From NCBI GenBank assembly GCA_026417625.1, contig JAOACW010000003.1, positions 76,699 to 140,698 on the forward strand: a stretch of DNA of 64,000 nt, read 5' to 3'. This document shows, piece after piece, positions 1 to 9,528 of the stretch. Numbering within the stretch: position 1 is the stretch's first letter; every line of letters starts with the position of its first letter. This DNA is from Syntrophales bacterium. GTDB taxonomy: Bacteria > Desulfobacterota > Syntrophia > Syntrophales > UBA8958. The notes under the pieces were generated by a model. The model worked only from the letters and a program-made list of their open reading frames with translations. It had not been told where the DNA came from and ran no database searches. Made by a program: the position numbers and the translations under genes.

Positions 1-1402
1 TATTACAGATGTTGCAACGGTCATTTTCTGAGCCTACGCAGCCCCCTGCAGCTTGGAGTATGTACTTGCCTACCTGGACACCGCTTGCACCCAACATGAT
101 GAGTGCTGCGGCATTAGCAGCTAGGTTTCCTGTTTTTCCAACTCCACCGGCGGCGAAGAGAGGAATTTCATTTTGTTTGCCCACTTTAACGAGATTTAAG
201 TAGGCATCACGTATATTACTCGCTATGGGATGGCCCATGTGATCAAGAGAGACGTTATATGCCGCGCCTGTTCCGCCATCCTCGCCGTCGATGGCTAGGG
301 CGGCGGCGTATGGGTTTCTTGTGAGGTTGTTTAGCACTGCCAGAGCGGTGCTTGTTCCTGAAATTTTGGGATACACCGGCACCCTGAAACCCCAAGCCAT
401 GGCCATTGACTGGATCATTTTCGCTACAGATTCTTCTATGGAATACATCGTTTGATGTGTTGGTGGACTTGGCAAGCTAACGCCGCGAGGCACCCCCCTT
501 ATTGCGGCGATTAGTTTATTCACCTTGTACCACTCCAGTAACCCACCATCTCCGGGCTTCGCCCCCTGACCGTACTTTATCTCCACTGCACATGGGTCCT
601 CCACCATGTCCGGTAGTGCATGGATGATCTCGTCCCAACCGAAATATCCACTTGCAACCTGGAGGATGAGGTATTTCAAAAAGCGGGATTTCAGAAGTCT
701 TGGAGGACAACCTCCTTCTCCGGTACACATCCTTACGGGCATGCCCAGTTCTTCGTTCAGGTAAGCAACGCCCATCATAAGGCCCTCCCACATGTTTGGT
801 GAAAGTGCACCAAAGGACATGCTACCAATGATGAGAGGATAAATTTCCCGAACCGGTGGTATCCAACCGTCTTCGCTTTGAATCCTGATCATCTCTTCAG
901 GTGGAAGAATTCTCCCGAGAAGCGTGCGTAGCTCGAATTCGTGACGTCCCGCATCGAGAGCAGGGTCGGTTAACATGGAGATACGGATGAATTTTATTTT
1001 GTCGAGAGTACTGTCGGTCGCGTTTCTTCTACCCCCCCTTCTTCGCGGTGAACCACCCAGGTTGTTGTGAAAACGCCATTTATCAATTTCCTCACTATGA
1101 ACGGGGAAGATAGCGTTATTAGGACAGACCAGGTTGCACATGCCACATCCGTTACAGGCGCGATTTGGGTCGGTATGTTGATCTATGCCGTAGTAAATTC
1201 CGTAAACATTGGAGGGCCTCTGCAAGAGACCGATAGAGATATCTATGACCCTTTTTCTGTGCACGGCAAGTTCTATAGCCCTTACGGGGCAAACCGCTGT
1301 GCACCTGCCGCAGAGAGCACATATCTCTTTATTCCAGATGATTCTCCACGGGAGGTCTCTTGTCCCCAGTGTTGACGGGGCAACTTTTCCCACTGGCTCC
1401 AT
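1..1402 (-). CDS. Glutamate synthase FMN-binding subunit (GltB domain-2-like) with an N-terminal 2x[4Fe-4S] ferredoxin domain. The 3' end runs off the window.
   Basis: Absent from the ORF track because it has no stop in the window. My minus-strand translation from ATG 1402 (AGGAGG 11 nt upstream) reads MEPVGKV..NKEICALCGRCTAVCPVRAI..CNGCGMCNLVCPNNAI..IGSMSFGALSPNMWEGL..CTGEGGCPP..EIKYGQGAKPGDGGLL..IDGEDGGTGAA. The frame stays open to position 1. Confidence 0.85.
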   Translation of the reverse strand, partial: MEPVGKVAPSTLGTRDLPWRIIWNKEICALCGRCTAVCPVRAIELAVHRKRVIDISIGLLQRPSNVYGIYYGIDQHTDPNRACNGCGMCNLVCPNNAIFPVHSEEIDKWRFHNNLGGSPRRRGGRRNATDSTLDKIKFIRISMLTDPALDAGRHEFELRTLLGRILPPEEMIRIQSEDGWIPPVREIYPLIIGSMSFGALSPNMWEGLMMGVAYLNEELGMPVRMCTGEGGCPPRLLKSRFLKYLILQVASGYFGWDEIIHALPDMVEDPCAVEIKYGQGAKPGDGGLLEWYKVNKLIAAIRGVPRGVSLPSPPTHQTMYSIEESVAKMIQSMAMAWGFRVPVYPKISGTSTALAVLNNLTRNPYAAALAIDGEDGGTGAAYNVSLDHMGHPIASNIRDAYLNLVKVGKQNEIPLFAAGGVGKTGNLAANAAALIMLGASGVQVGKYILQAAGGCVGSENDRCNICN

Positions 1403-2496
1403 TTTTCGAGTTTCCTCCTGTCTTTTCTTACAATTGCCATGTCGTACTTGAGTGGTTGGAAGTCTTTCTCTTTATCACGGTGCGGTATTGCTGCTTCCAA
1501 TCCACACATTTCTGATGAAAAAACAAATATTCCCGGTATTCCTCCTGCTACACCCGGACGCAATTTCTTGCTATCCTGGACCATGAACAGTGTTTTATCG
1601 GGTGTGCAGCCTATGACACAGTTTGGACCATCGATAATGAGAGGGCGACATGCTATCTTTAGCATGCGCAGCCAATTACCATCTTCGTGCTGTCTCAGTT
1701 CCTCATCTGTTAGTGGTGTTATAATGTGCTTGAACATTTCCAAACTTAGCCCAAGATGCTTCATCGTGTAATGCAGAATGTGGGTAAACACCTCAGAATC
1801 TGAATAGTATCCGGTGTATCCTGGGAAATCCCGCGATTTCAGAAATTCTTTTATGGGTACGAAAGCTGTATTCTCTCCGTTCGTCATTGTAGAGAATCCC
1901 TGTATGAAGAAGGGATGACAGGCGTAAATGTTGATGGAATAATTTGTATTCTGACGACCTTGGGCTAAGATAATTCGAGCAGATAGTTCTTTACGATCCA
2001 AAGAGAGATATTCCGCGATGGTTAGGGGATCTCCAACCTCTTTGATCATGATCACATCCGGCCAAAAGCTGAAGACAAACATAGAACCATCATCTAATCC
2101 CCTCTTTTGAAGGTGAAGGCGGATTCTCAAAAGATGAAATTCTCTTTCTTCGCTCCCAAGTTCATTCCAATTTGGAGGGCAAGAGTAGACCCTTATCAGG
2201 TAAAGATCCCTTTTCGGTGTTCCAGGAGGTGGATCTCTTCTTGGGTATATAGAGATTTCATCCACCAAATTAAATTGATGTTCGTTCATGAAAGAATCGA
2301 GATATTTGACACCTTCCCTTGAGAAAGTTCCTGAGAGAATGGGATAATCTCTCAGCTTTTCGAAATCTCCGGACAGGTCCGTCATGAACAAACCCACACC
2401 TGACCCGTCGTGTCCCTCGCGCATAACGTCGAGTGCATTAAAGGCAAACATTGGCGAAAGAGGGTTTTCACTTGTGACTGCAAACAATCTGCACAT
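1282..2496 (-). CDS. Class-II (Ntn) glutamine amidotransferase, the glutamate synthase domain-1-like subunit of the archaeal-type split GOGAT
   Basis: 404-aa ORF starting MCRLFAV (Cys2 nucleophile) with a GltB amidotransferase-like body. The last ~40 aa overlap the next gene out of frame. Confidence 0.8.
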   Translation of the reverse strand: MCRLFAVTSENPLSPMFAFNALDVMREGHDGSGVGLFMTDLSGDFEKLRDYPILSGTFSREGVKYLDSFMNEHQFNLVDEISIYPRRDPPPGTPKRDLYLIRVYSCPPNWNELGSEEREFHLLRIRLHLQKRGLDDGSMFVFSFWPDVIMIKEVGDPLTIAEYLSLDRKELSARIILAQGRQNTNYSINIYACHPFFIQGFSTMTNGENTAFVPIKEFLKSRDFPGYTGYYSDSEVFTHILHYTMKHLGLSLEMFKHIITPLTDEELRQHEDGNWLRMLKIACRPLIIDGPNCVIGCTPDKTLFMVQDSKKLRPGVAGGIPGIFVFSSEMCGLEAAIPHRDKEKDFQPLKYDMAIVRKDRRKLEKWSQWEKLPRQHWGQETSRGESSGIKRYVLSAAGAQRFAP

Positions 2497-2534
2497 ACTG
2501 GATCCCTAAGCTATGTTCTCGTTGTTTTGTAATC

Positions 2535-2550
2535 TGCTAATGTTGTGCCA
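2535..2550 (-). promoter_or_regulatory. Sigma54 (-24/-12) promoter for the glutamate synthase genes
   Basis: The minus strand reads TGGCACAACATTAGCA, against the consensus TGGCAC-N5-TTGCA. GG and GC have the correct 10-nt spacing. It lies ~40 nt upstream of ATG 2496. Confidence 0.7.
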
Positions 2551-2793
2551 GGCTTTGCAGATTTATCATTGAAATGAATTTATTAACATTTTAGGCCTTT
2601 TTTGGAAGTTACATTTATGGGACTTCTAGTTAGACTGATGGAAAAATTACAAATTTGTATCTTAATTTTTTTCGTTTTCTTTTTTTACAGGTAAAACATG
2701 GGAATCTCTACTAATTTTAAGAAAGTAACATTTTTGTTTTCTTTCCTTTCGGGGTGTGCAAAAATGTTTCCAATTCTGGGAATAGTTTGGTGT

Positions 2794-4353
2794 TTATATA
2801 TTGCTTTGATTTCTGCGAGGTCGGAACTGCCACGGGTCAATACCCAGTTTTTGGATCTTGTAACGCAGTATTCTTTTGGTTGTTCCCAAGATTCTAGCGG
2901 CTTCTGATTGATTTCCATGCGTCTCTTTGAGGGCGTCTATGATAAGGTTGCGCTCTTGCTTTTCTATCACCTGTTTTAGCCGGCCTGAGATTTTCTTTTT
3001 TCCTTTTTGAGTATCTTTTGTGGTGTAAGACTGGAGTGATGGGGGCAGGTGAATGGTTTCTATGGACTCACCGTCCGCTAACAGTACGGCCCTCTCAATA
3101 CAATGCTCCAATTCTCGGACATTTCCCGGCCATGGGTAATTTAGAAGTGTCTCCAGAACCTCAGCTGAGATACGTTTTACAGGTCTATTGAACTCCTTTG
3201 CGTATTTTAGGACAAAATAGTCAGCGAGTAGTATTATGTCGCTGCCTCGTTCTCTTAAAGGCGGTAGATATATAGGAAATACATTGAGGCGATAGTATAG
3301 ATCAGACCTGAATTTTCCTGATTTTACATCGTTTTCGAGATCTCGGTTGGTCGCCGCTATTATTCTCACGTTCACTTTAACAATCCTTGTGGAACCCAGT
3401 GGTTGATACTCTTTTTCCTGTAGTACCCTCAATAGTTTAGCCTGGGCACTTGCCGAGAGTTCCCCCACCTCATCGAGGAAAATAGTTCCACCGTCTGCTT
3501 CCTCGAAACGGCCTTTTTTACGGGTTACAGCACCAGTGAAGGCCCCTTTTTCGTAACCGAAAAGTTCGCTTTCGATTAGGGTGTCGGGAATAGCCGCACA
3601 ATTGATGCTTACAAGGGGACCTGATTTTCTCGAGCTGTTTAGATGTATGGCTCTGGCTACCAGCTCTTTCCCCGTTCCTGTTTCCCCGTGTATGAGCACA
3701 TTTGTACTCGTGTTGGCAACTACGGAGATCTGGCCATAGATTTCTTTCATTGCTTTAGAATTACCGATTAATTCAGGTAAGAGAGATTGGGTTCGGCCTA
3801 TTATCAATCTCAAACGTCTATTCTCTTCTTCGATTGCCCGAGTGTGAACAGCCCTCGCTATTAGTTCGGCAACTGAGGACAACATGGCCAATTCTTGGTC
3901 GAGATTGGATACGTTCTGCGCGACCTTGTCGGCTGATATTACACCTACAACTCGATTGTCGTATTTTATGGGAACGCAGAGGAACGCAAGTTCGGATCTA
4001 TTGAGGGAACGTCTTGCTCCCGTGCGGTCTAAGAAAAGTGTTTCTTGTCCAAGGTTAGCAACAGCTATGGGACGTCCAGTTTGAGCGACCATTCCGGTGA
4101 TGCCTTCTCCCGGTCTGTATCTAACCTCCACATTTTCAATATCAACATCATGGGCTACGTCCAGCCAAGCTTCACCTGTTTCCCTATCCAATATGGAGAT
4201 CATTCCCCTGTTCATTCCTAGTCGGTTGCTCAACTCGTTCAATATTTCTTCCAGCTGGTCTTTTAGGTTCCCCGGTTGTGCCAAAATCCGAGCAATGGCA
4301 TGTAGAGCGGCAAGTTCTTCGTATGTGTGGATGCTCATAGTCTTGAAATGCAT
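2794..4353 (-). CDS. Sigma54-dependent transcriptional activator, NifA-like architecture (GAF - AAA+ - Fis-type HTH)
   Basis: 519-aa ORF. N-terminal GAF-like region, Walker A GETGTGKE, the GAFTGA motif ([15 protein letters not shown]), and a C-terminal HTH ([22 protein letters not shown]). Confidence 0.9.
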   Translation of the reverse strand: MHFKTMSIHTYEELAALHAIARILAQPGNLKDQLEEILNELSNRLGMNRGMISILDRETGEAWLDVAHDVDIENVEVRYRPGEGITGMVAQTGRPIAVANLGQETLFLDRTGARRSLNRSELAFLCVPIKYDNRVVGVISADKVAQNVSNLDQELAMLSSVAELIARAVHTRAIEEENRRLRLIIGRTQSLLPELIGNSKAMKEIYGQISVVANTSTNVLIHGETGTGKELVARAIHLNSSRKSGPLVSINCAAIPDTLIESELFGYEKGAFTGAVTRKKGRFEEADGGTIFLDEVGELSASAQAKLLRVLQEKEYQPLGSTRIVKVNVRIIAATNRDLENDVKSGKFRSDLYYRLNVFPIYLPPLRERGSDIILLADYFVLKYAKEFNRPVKRISAEVLETLLNYPWPGNVRELEHCIERAVLLADGESIETIHLPPSLQSYTTKDTQKGKKKISGRLKQVIEKQERNLIIDALKETHGNQSEAARILGTTKRILRYKIQKLGIDPWQFRPRRNQSNI

Positions 4354-4485
4354 TGAAAAGCAAATTTTTTTAAAATTTTATTTGTTTTTGTACTGGTTGT
4401 CAAAACGTATCATATACTTGCGATGAGTCATGCACTTTGTAAAAGTGAATTAGTAATTTTTCATCGGCTTGCCTAATCAAAGGAC

Positions 4486-4501
4486 AGCAAATGGTGTGCC
4501 A
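4486..4501 (-). promoter_or_regulatory. Sigma54 (-24/-12) promoter upstream of the activator gene
   Basis: The minus strand reads TGGCACACCATTTGCT, a perfect GG-N10-GC arrangement, ~133 nt upstream of ATG 4353. Confidence 0.7.
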
Positions 4502-4656
4502 ATGGATGTAACTACCATGTGTCTTAAAGTCTCCGTGATTTTGCGGTTTCTCCTGGGACGATGTTTTAGAAGGTGAAATTTTCATTTACCTTTGATGGCT
4601 TGCTATATCGCATGTAAGGTGTTATTTTTAACACAAAGATTTCTCTTGGGTTACTT

Positions 4657-5547
4657 TTGATGTACGATCTAATAGATGAGTATTTGAATTATCTCACAGT
4701 GGAAAAAGGTGCCTCCTCTAATACCCTTGAGGCTTATAGTAGGGATATTATGCGGTTTGTGGATTTTATGGTCAGCAATGGACGTAAGTCTTTGGATGAT
4801 ATTACCTCGGAGGATGTACTGCTGTATCTTTTGTTTCTAGGGTCTATGGGTTTATCCCCTGTTACTGTTAACCGCAATCTTGCTGCTGTTCGAGGGTTTT
4901 TCCGGTATCTCCTTGGGGTGGGTAAGGTTAAGGCTTCACCATTTTCCGCGGCAAAGTCGATGAAAATGGGGTTTCGTCTCCCTGGTGTGATCAGCAAGGA
5001 AGAGATGTTCCGTTTGCTTTCTACGCCTACGGGGGAGTCGCCTGTTGATCTCAGGGACAGGGCGATTATGGAGCTTATGTACGCCACTGGACTTCGTGTT
5101 TCGGAAACAGTTTCATTGGAGCTTAAGAACATCAACTGGCAGGTGGGCTACCTTCATATAACCGGCAAGGGAGGGAAAGAAAGGATCGTTCCGGTGGCGA
5201 GATCGGCATTGGAGTGTGTCAGGATATATATAGAGAGAGCCCGTCCCGTATTGCTGCGTGGACGGATAAGTAACGTACTATTTATAAATAAGTCTGGCAG
5301 GCCGTTTAGCAGGCAGGGACTTTGGAAAGTAATTAGAAAGTACGCTACGAGAGTTGGTTTGGGGAAACGAGTACATCCCCATACCTTTCGTCATTCCTTT
5401 GCAACACACCTTTTGGAAGGGGGAGCAGATTTACGTTCTATCCAGCTCATGCTGGGTCATGCTGATATTTCTACCACACAAATCTACACCCATGTTACAG
5501 GTGAAAGAATCAAGGAAGTACATCGTAAATACCATCCGCGGGGATAG
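4657..5547 (+). CDS. xerD: Tyrosine site-specific recombinase, XerD/XerC family
   Basis: 296 aa. N-terminal SAM-like domain (LTVEKGASSNTLEAYSRDI) and catalytic motifs ATGLRVSE, HPHTFRHSFATHLLEGGADLRSIQLMLGHADISTTQIYTHV. Start is TTG 4657 or ATG 4660. Confidence 0.8.
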   Translation: MMYDLIDEYLNYLTVEKGASSNTLEAYSRDIMRFVDFMVSNGRKSLDDITSEDVLLYLLFLGSMGLSPVTVNRNLAAVRGFFRYLLGVGKVKASPFSAAKSMKMGFRLPGVISKEEMFRLLSTPTGESPVDLRDRAIMELMYATGLRVSETVSLELKNINWQVGYLHITGKGGKERIVPVARSALECVRIYIERARPVLLRGRISNVLFINKSGRPFSRQGLWKVIRKYATRVGLGKRVHPHTFRHSFATHLLEGGADLRSIQLMLGHADISTTQIYTHVTGERIKEVHRKYHPRG

Positions 5548-5561
5548 TTTTCTTAAGATCT

Positions 5562-7565
5562 GTGGTTATGAAGTGGTTGAAGTTTTCAGGTAATGTAAAG
5601 TTAATAAGGGTATTTTTGATCTTTGTTTTGGTTGTGGTGACTTTCACGGTCTCAGTCCTCGTTTTATTTTCTGCGGGAACTCTTGATTTTAATCTTTCGT
5701 TGAAACGAATGGTTGGTGCCTTTTCATCCACGTTTTTAGGAAGAGCCCCGACGGTTTACTTTCTATACGGTGAGAAAAATGGGTTGGAGTTCAAGAGTGA
5801 TCTGAAAGATCCACTGGAGATCTCATCTAATGATCAGTTTGTCATAAAAGGGGTGGTAACAGATGTACTTTTCGGTGGGGATGTGCGGGTGGAAGTTCCA
5901 GGTTTAGTGGATGGTGATTGTGTTGGAAGGTTACTGAAGGGGATCGATTTTGTGAAAAAGAGCATGGAGTTGTCATTGGAAAAAGCAGGGGGTACATTTT
6001 CTGAAGGATTCTTCAGGATTTCTGTGAAGCATGGTGGCAGAGAAATTGGTTTTTTGACGGTGAAGGTAGTTATAAAACCTCAAGATATCGTATATTATGC
6101 AGCAGGAGTACAGAAAGACGTAAAGGACCAGATTGAATACCTAAAAAAACTACTCGAGAGAGATCCCGACAGGTCTGACCTGCGCAAGTTGCTGGCTTCG
6201 TTATATGTTAAAGAGGGTCAGCTTGAAGAGGCGACAAAACAGTTAAAAATGGTATTGCGGGACCGCCCCGATGATAGGGGTGCTCTCATGGCTCTTGCTG
6301 AGGCGGAGATGTCGAGGGGTGATTACAAAGAGGCAATTCTTCATTTTAAAAAACTTGTTTCCATGAATCCTAGAGATGAGATGGCCCTTGCGGGTATGGC
6401 GACGGCTTATAGAAATATGCGTCAATGGGAGCAGGCTATCCACTACTACCAGGAAGCTCTGCAACTAGCACCGCATAATAGGACTATTCGTATCCTTCTT
6501 GCTGAGACCTTCGAATTTGTGAATCGTTGGAATGAAGCGGCGGAGCAGTACACTCTGGTGCTGAAAAGTGATCCTGAGGCGTTGGATGTCATGGCTGCCC
6601 TTGCTTCCGTCTATATAAAGTTGAGGAATTACGATGGGGCTATAAATCTGTATGAACGAGTCGCCAGTAAGCGGAAAGATGCCGCCGTGTACGCCAACCT
6701 TGGTTTAGCGTATGGAGCTAAGGGGAATGTTGCGGCGGAGATAGAGAGCTATCAGAAAGCCCTAAATTTAGATCCCGCAAACGCTGTTGTTCATTACAAC
6801 CTGGCCCTGGCGCTAGAGAAGCAGGGAAAGATGGAGGAAGCTTATCGATCTTTTAAAAAAGCGCTTGAGTTGAGACCAGACGATAAAGATACGCTATTGA
6901 AGTTGGCTGACATGGAGATGAAACGCAAAAATTACGGTCAGGCCGTTGGATATTATGAAAAGGTTATGGGAAAGTACGGGCTAACCCCGCTGGCTTACGT
7001 TAAGGCAGCTCAGGCATACAGCGAGTTGAGGCGCTATGAAAAGGCTGCATCTATGTATGAAAAAGCGGTAAGTATGGGGGTTCGAGAACCAGAAGTTTTG
7101 TCCAGTTTGGGCAGGATTTACGAAAGATTAGGTAAGAGCAAAAGGGGAATTAGTTTTTTTGAGAGATACGCAGGTAAAAATCCCCCTGAGGAAATACTAA
7201 TGCAATTGGTTTCTTTCTACATCGATGAACGCCGCTACGATGATGCCATAAGAATTTACGAAAAGTTGCTAAAGCGAGGATCAAACAAAGCGTCATATTA
7301 CTGGAATCTGGGTAGATTGTACGGGTTGAAAGGTGATATTGACAGAGAGATCGAGTTTTACAGAAAAGCACTCTGTATTGATGCGGAGGATGACAGCTTG
7401 TGGGTGAGTTTGGGTGAGGCTTATGAGAAAAAAGGGATGGTGCGAGAAGCTTTAGAGTGTTATGTTAAGGCGTACGAGTACAATCCAGAATCGGTAAAGG
7501 CGATGCGACGCATCCCGGTTCTGCGTATAAAGTTATTGGAGGAGAGGCAAAGTAAGGGATCATGA
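5562..7565 (+). CDS. Membrane-anchored TPR-repeat protein
   Basis: 667 aa. N-terminal TM helix (VFLIFVLVVVTFTVSVLVLF), a ~170-aa non-repeat domain, then many 34-aa TPR units (YQEALQLAPHN, YQKALNLDPAN, FKKALELRPDD, YRKALCIDAED). Its stop overlaps the kdsA start (ATGA). Confidence 0.8.
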   Translation: MVMKWLKFSGNVKLIRVFLIFVLVVVTFTVSVLVLFSAGTLDFNLSLKRMVGAFSSTFLGRAPTVYFLYGEKNGLEFKSDLKDPLEISSNDQFVIKGVVTDVLFGGDVRVEVPGLVDGDCVGRLLKGIDFVKKSMELSLEKAGGTFSEGFFRISVKHGGREIGFLTVKVVIKPQDIVYYAAGVQKDVKDQIEYLKKLLERDPDRSDLRKLLASLYVKEGQLEEATKQLKMVLRDRPDDRGALMALAEAEMSRGDYKEAILHFKKLVSMNPRDEMALAGMATAYRNMRQWEQAIHYYQEALQLAPHNRTIRILLAETFEFVNRWNEAAEQYTLVLKSDPEALDVMAALASVYIKLRNYDGAINLYERVASKRKDAAVYANLGLAYGAKGNVAAEIESYQKALNLDPANAVVHYNLALALEKQGKMEEAYRSFKKALELRPDDKDTLLKLADMEMKRKNYGQAVGYYEKVMGKYGLTPLAYVKAAQAYSELRRYEKAASMYEKAVSMGVREPEVLSSLGRIYERLGKSKRGISFFERYAGKNPPEEILMQLVSFYIDERRYDDAIRIYEKLLKRGSNKASYYWNLGRLYGLKGDIDREIEFYRKALCIDAEDDSLWVSLGEAYEKKGMVREALECYVKAYEYNPESVKAMRRIPVLRIKLLEERQSKGS

Positions 7566-8398
7566 AGAAAATCGATATGGGAACCTTTAGAATAGGGGGT
7601 AATGAACCTCTCGTTTTAATCGCCGGTCCGTGTGTGATTGAGGATGCGTCAAGAACACGGGAAATCGCGTTTGCCCTAAAGGAGATCACGACCCGATTGA
7701 ATATGCCGTTTATTTTCAAAGCGTCTTACGATAAGGCAAACCGGACCTCGTTTCGGTCTTTTAGGGGTCCTGGTCTGGACAAAGGGTTAGAGATTCTTAT
7801 CGGAATTAAGGAAGACCTTAAAATCCCTATTATTTCTGATGTTCACCGGTTTGAAGAGATAGAACGTGCGGCTGCGGTTTTGGATGTGGTTCAGATCCCA
7901 GCGTTTCTATGTCGCCAAACGGATTTTGTCATGGAAGTTGCTCGGGCTTCAAGAGTTGTGAATATCAAAAAGGGACAGTTTCTGGCCCCTTGGGACGTAG
8001 TTCATATAATCGATAAGGTTAAGCACACGGGAAACGAAAATATAATGATTACGGAAAGAGGGACAACATTCGGCTATAATAATTTAGTGGCAGATATGCG
8101 TTCACTGAGAATCATTAGAAAATTTGGATACCCTGTGATTTTCGATGTTACCCACAGTGTTCAATTACCGGGGGGCGCTGGAGATTGTTCTGGTGGTGAG
8201 CGCGATATGGTACCCGTTCTGGGAAGAGCTGGGGTTGCGGCTGGTGTTGACGGTATCTTTATGGAGGTTCACCCCGAACCTGATAAGGCCTTTTGCGATG
8301 GGGCTAATTCCGTTCGTCTTGATGAGTTAGAATCACTTTTGTCGGTAATTTTGGAAATAGACGCAGTCGTTAGAGAAAAGGTAGGTAGAGATGGCTGA
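7562..8398 (+). CDS. kdsA: 3-deoxy-8-phosphooctulonate (KDO8P) synthase
   Basis: 278 aa; LVLIAGPCVIED, FIFKASYDKANRTS, FDVTHSVQLPGG. Confidence 0.92.
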   Translation: MKKIDMGTFRIGGNEPLVLIAGPCVIEDASRTREIAFALKEITTRLNMPFIFKASYDKANRTSFRSFRGPGLDKGLEILIGIKEDLKIPIISDVHRFEEIERAAAVLDVVQIPAFLCRQTDFVMEVARASRVVNIKKGQFLAPWDVVHIIDKVKHTGNENIMITERGTTFGYNNLVADMRSLRIIRKFGYPVIFDVTHSVQLPGGAGDCSGGERDMVPVLGRAGVAAGVDGIFMEVHPEPDKAFCDGANSVRLDELESLLSVILEIDAVVREKVGRDG

Positions 8399-8945
8399 TA
8401 GTAAGTCAATTTCTATGCGGGATGATATTGCTCAAAGATTGAGGAATGTGCGGGTATTGATGCTCGATGTTGATGGGGTCTTAACTGATGGACGTATAGT
8501 TATGAATGACAGGGGCGAAGAACTGAAATTTTTTGATGTGCGAGACGGGCATGGGATAAAGATGCTTATCAGGCATGGGATCGAGGTTATTTTCGTAACA
8601 GGTAGGGAGGCGCCAGTTGTAGAACACAGAGCAAAGGATCTAGGTGTGAAGGAAGTGTATCAGAAAGTTTGGGACAAATTGAAGGTATTTGAGGAAATCT
8701 TAAAGGACAAAGGTTTGGCTGGCGACCAGGTGGCTTTTGTCGGGGATGATATTGTCGATGTACCTGTTTTAAGACGCGTTGGTTTTGCTGTTGCTGTGCG
8801 GGATGCACAGCATGAGGTCAAAAATGTTGCTCACTACATTACTAAGAAAAGGGGGGGTAGGGGTGCCGTCAGGGAGGTCTGCGAAATGATTCTTAAGGCC
8901 CAGGGGTATTGGGCTGGTATAGAGAAGAAATATGATTTCTATTGA
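8391..8945 (+). CDS. kdsC: KDO 8-phosphate phosphatase (HAD, YrbI family)
   Basis: 184 aa; LMLDVDGVLTDG, FVGDDIVDVPVLRRVGFAVAV. Confidence 0.88.
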   Translation: MADSKSISMRDDIAQRLRNVRVLMLDVDGVLTDGRIVMNDRGEELKFFDVRDGHGIKMLIRHGIEVIFVTGREAPVVEHRAKDLGVKEVYQKVWDKLKVFEEILKDKGLAGDQVAFVGDDIVDVPVLRRVGFAVAVRDAQHEVKNVAHYITKKRGGRGAVREVCEMILKAQGYWAGIEKKYDFY

Positions 8946-9528
8946 AGGTTTGCTTAATTACGTAAGGGGTGTTATACTTACAAAAAATAAGAGTAGGGTT
9001 GTACTGGTTCTAGTAACCGTTCTTGTTGTTTCTGCATTGGCAGTTTTTTTTCTTTATAAGCAGCGGGAAGATGTTGTCACTCCAGAGCCTTTGAACGGGC
9101 AGTATGACGTATTCTTTAGGGACGTTGTGTTTACGGAGACGGTTAAAGGTGGAAGCCGATGGGAGGTCAAGGCAGCGGTGGCTAAATTTCTGCAGAAGGA
9201 AAATGTTGTTAGTCTGGAGAAGGTTTCTGCGAAACTTCTGATGCCCGACGGTGGTATTTATGTGTTAAGGGGTGATGAAGGGAAGATATTTAGGGAGACG
9301 CGAGATATATTTCTGAAAGGAAACGTACTTCTCACTTCGGATAGAGGAGAAAGGATAACTACAGACAATGTATGGTACAGAGTGAGGGAAAAGAGGATCC
9401 TTACTGATTCACCTGTAAAAGTGGATAGCGAAAAGGTTAGGATTAGAGGGTCAGGACTGATTGTGGATCTAGCAAGAAGGTCCATTGTGGTGAAAGGTAA
9501 TGTAAAAGCAACGGTGAAGAGCCAGTAA
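8932..9528 (+). CDS. lptC: LPS export system protein LptC
   Basis: 198 aa. Single N-terminal TM plus a beta-jellyroll-like body, in the position between kdsC and lptA. Confidence 0.7.
   Translation: MISIEGLLNYVRGVILTKNKSRVVLVLVTVLVVSALAVFFLYKQREDVVTPEPLNGQYDVFFRDVVFTETVKGGSRWEVKAAVAKFLQKENVVSLEKVSAKLLMPDGGIYVLRGDEGKIFRETRDIFLKGNVLLTSDRGERITTDNVWYRVREKRILTDSPVKVDSEKVRIRGSGLIVDLARRSIVVKGNVKATVKSQ

Noticed and set aside
516-1451. Track ORFs 516..791(-), 620..802(+), 1067..1375(+) and 1209..1451(+)
   Set aside because: All lie inside or antisense to the long open frame of the glutamate synthase FMN subunit, which carries clear ferredoxin and GltB motifs.
2560-2790. Possible activator-binding sites (UAS): the palindrome TACAAATTTGTA (~2658-69), TAACATTTTTGTTT (~2733-46), and GTGTTATTTTTAACAC at 4619-34
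   Set aside because: The half-site arrangements differ between the two promoter regions, and the region is AT-rich, so such repeats are expected by chance. They are mentioned only as candidates under the sigma54 finding.
4400-4585. 61-aa minus-strand ORF between xerD and the sigma54 activator
   Set aside because: It spans the sigma54 promoter and 5' UTR of the activator gene, and has no RBS or recognisable motifs.
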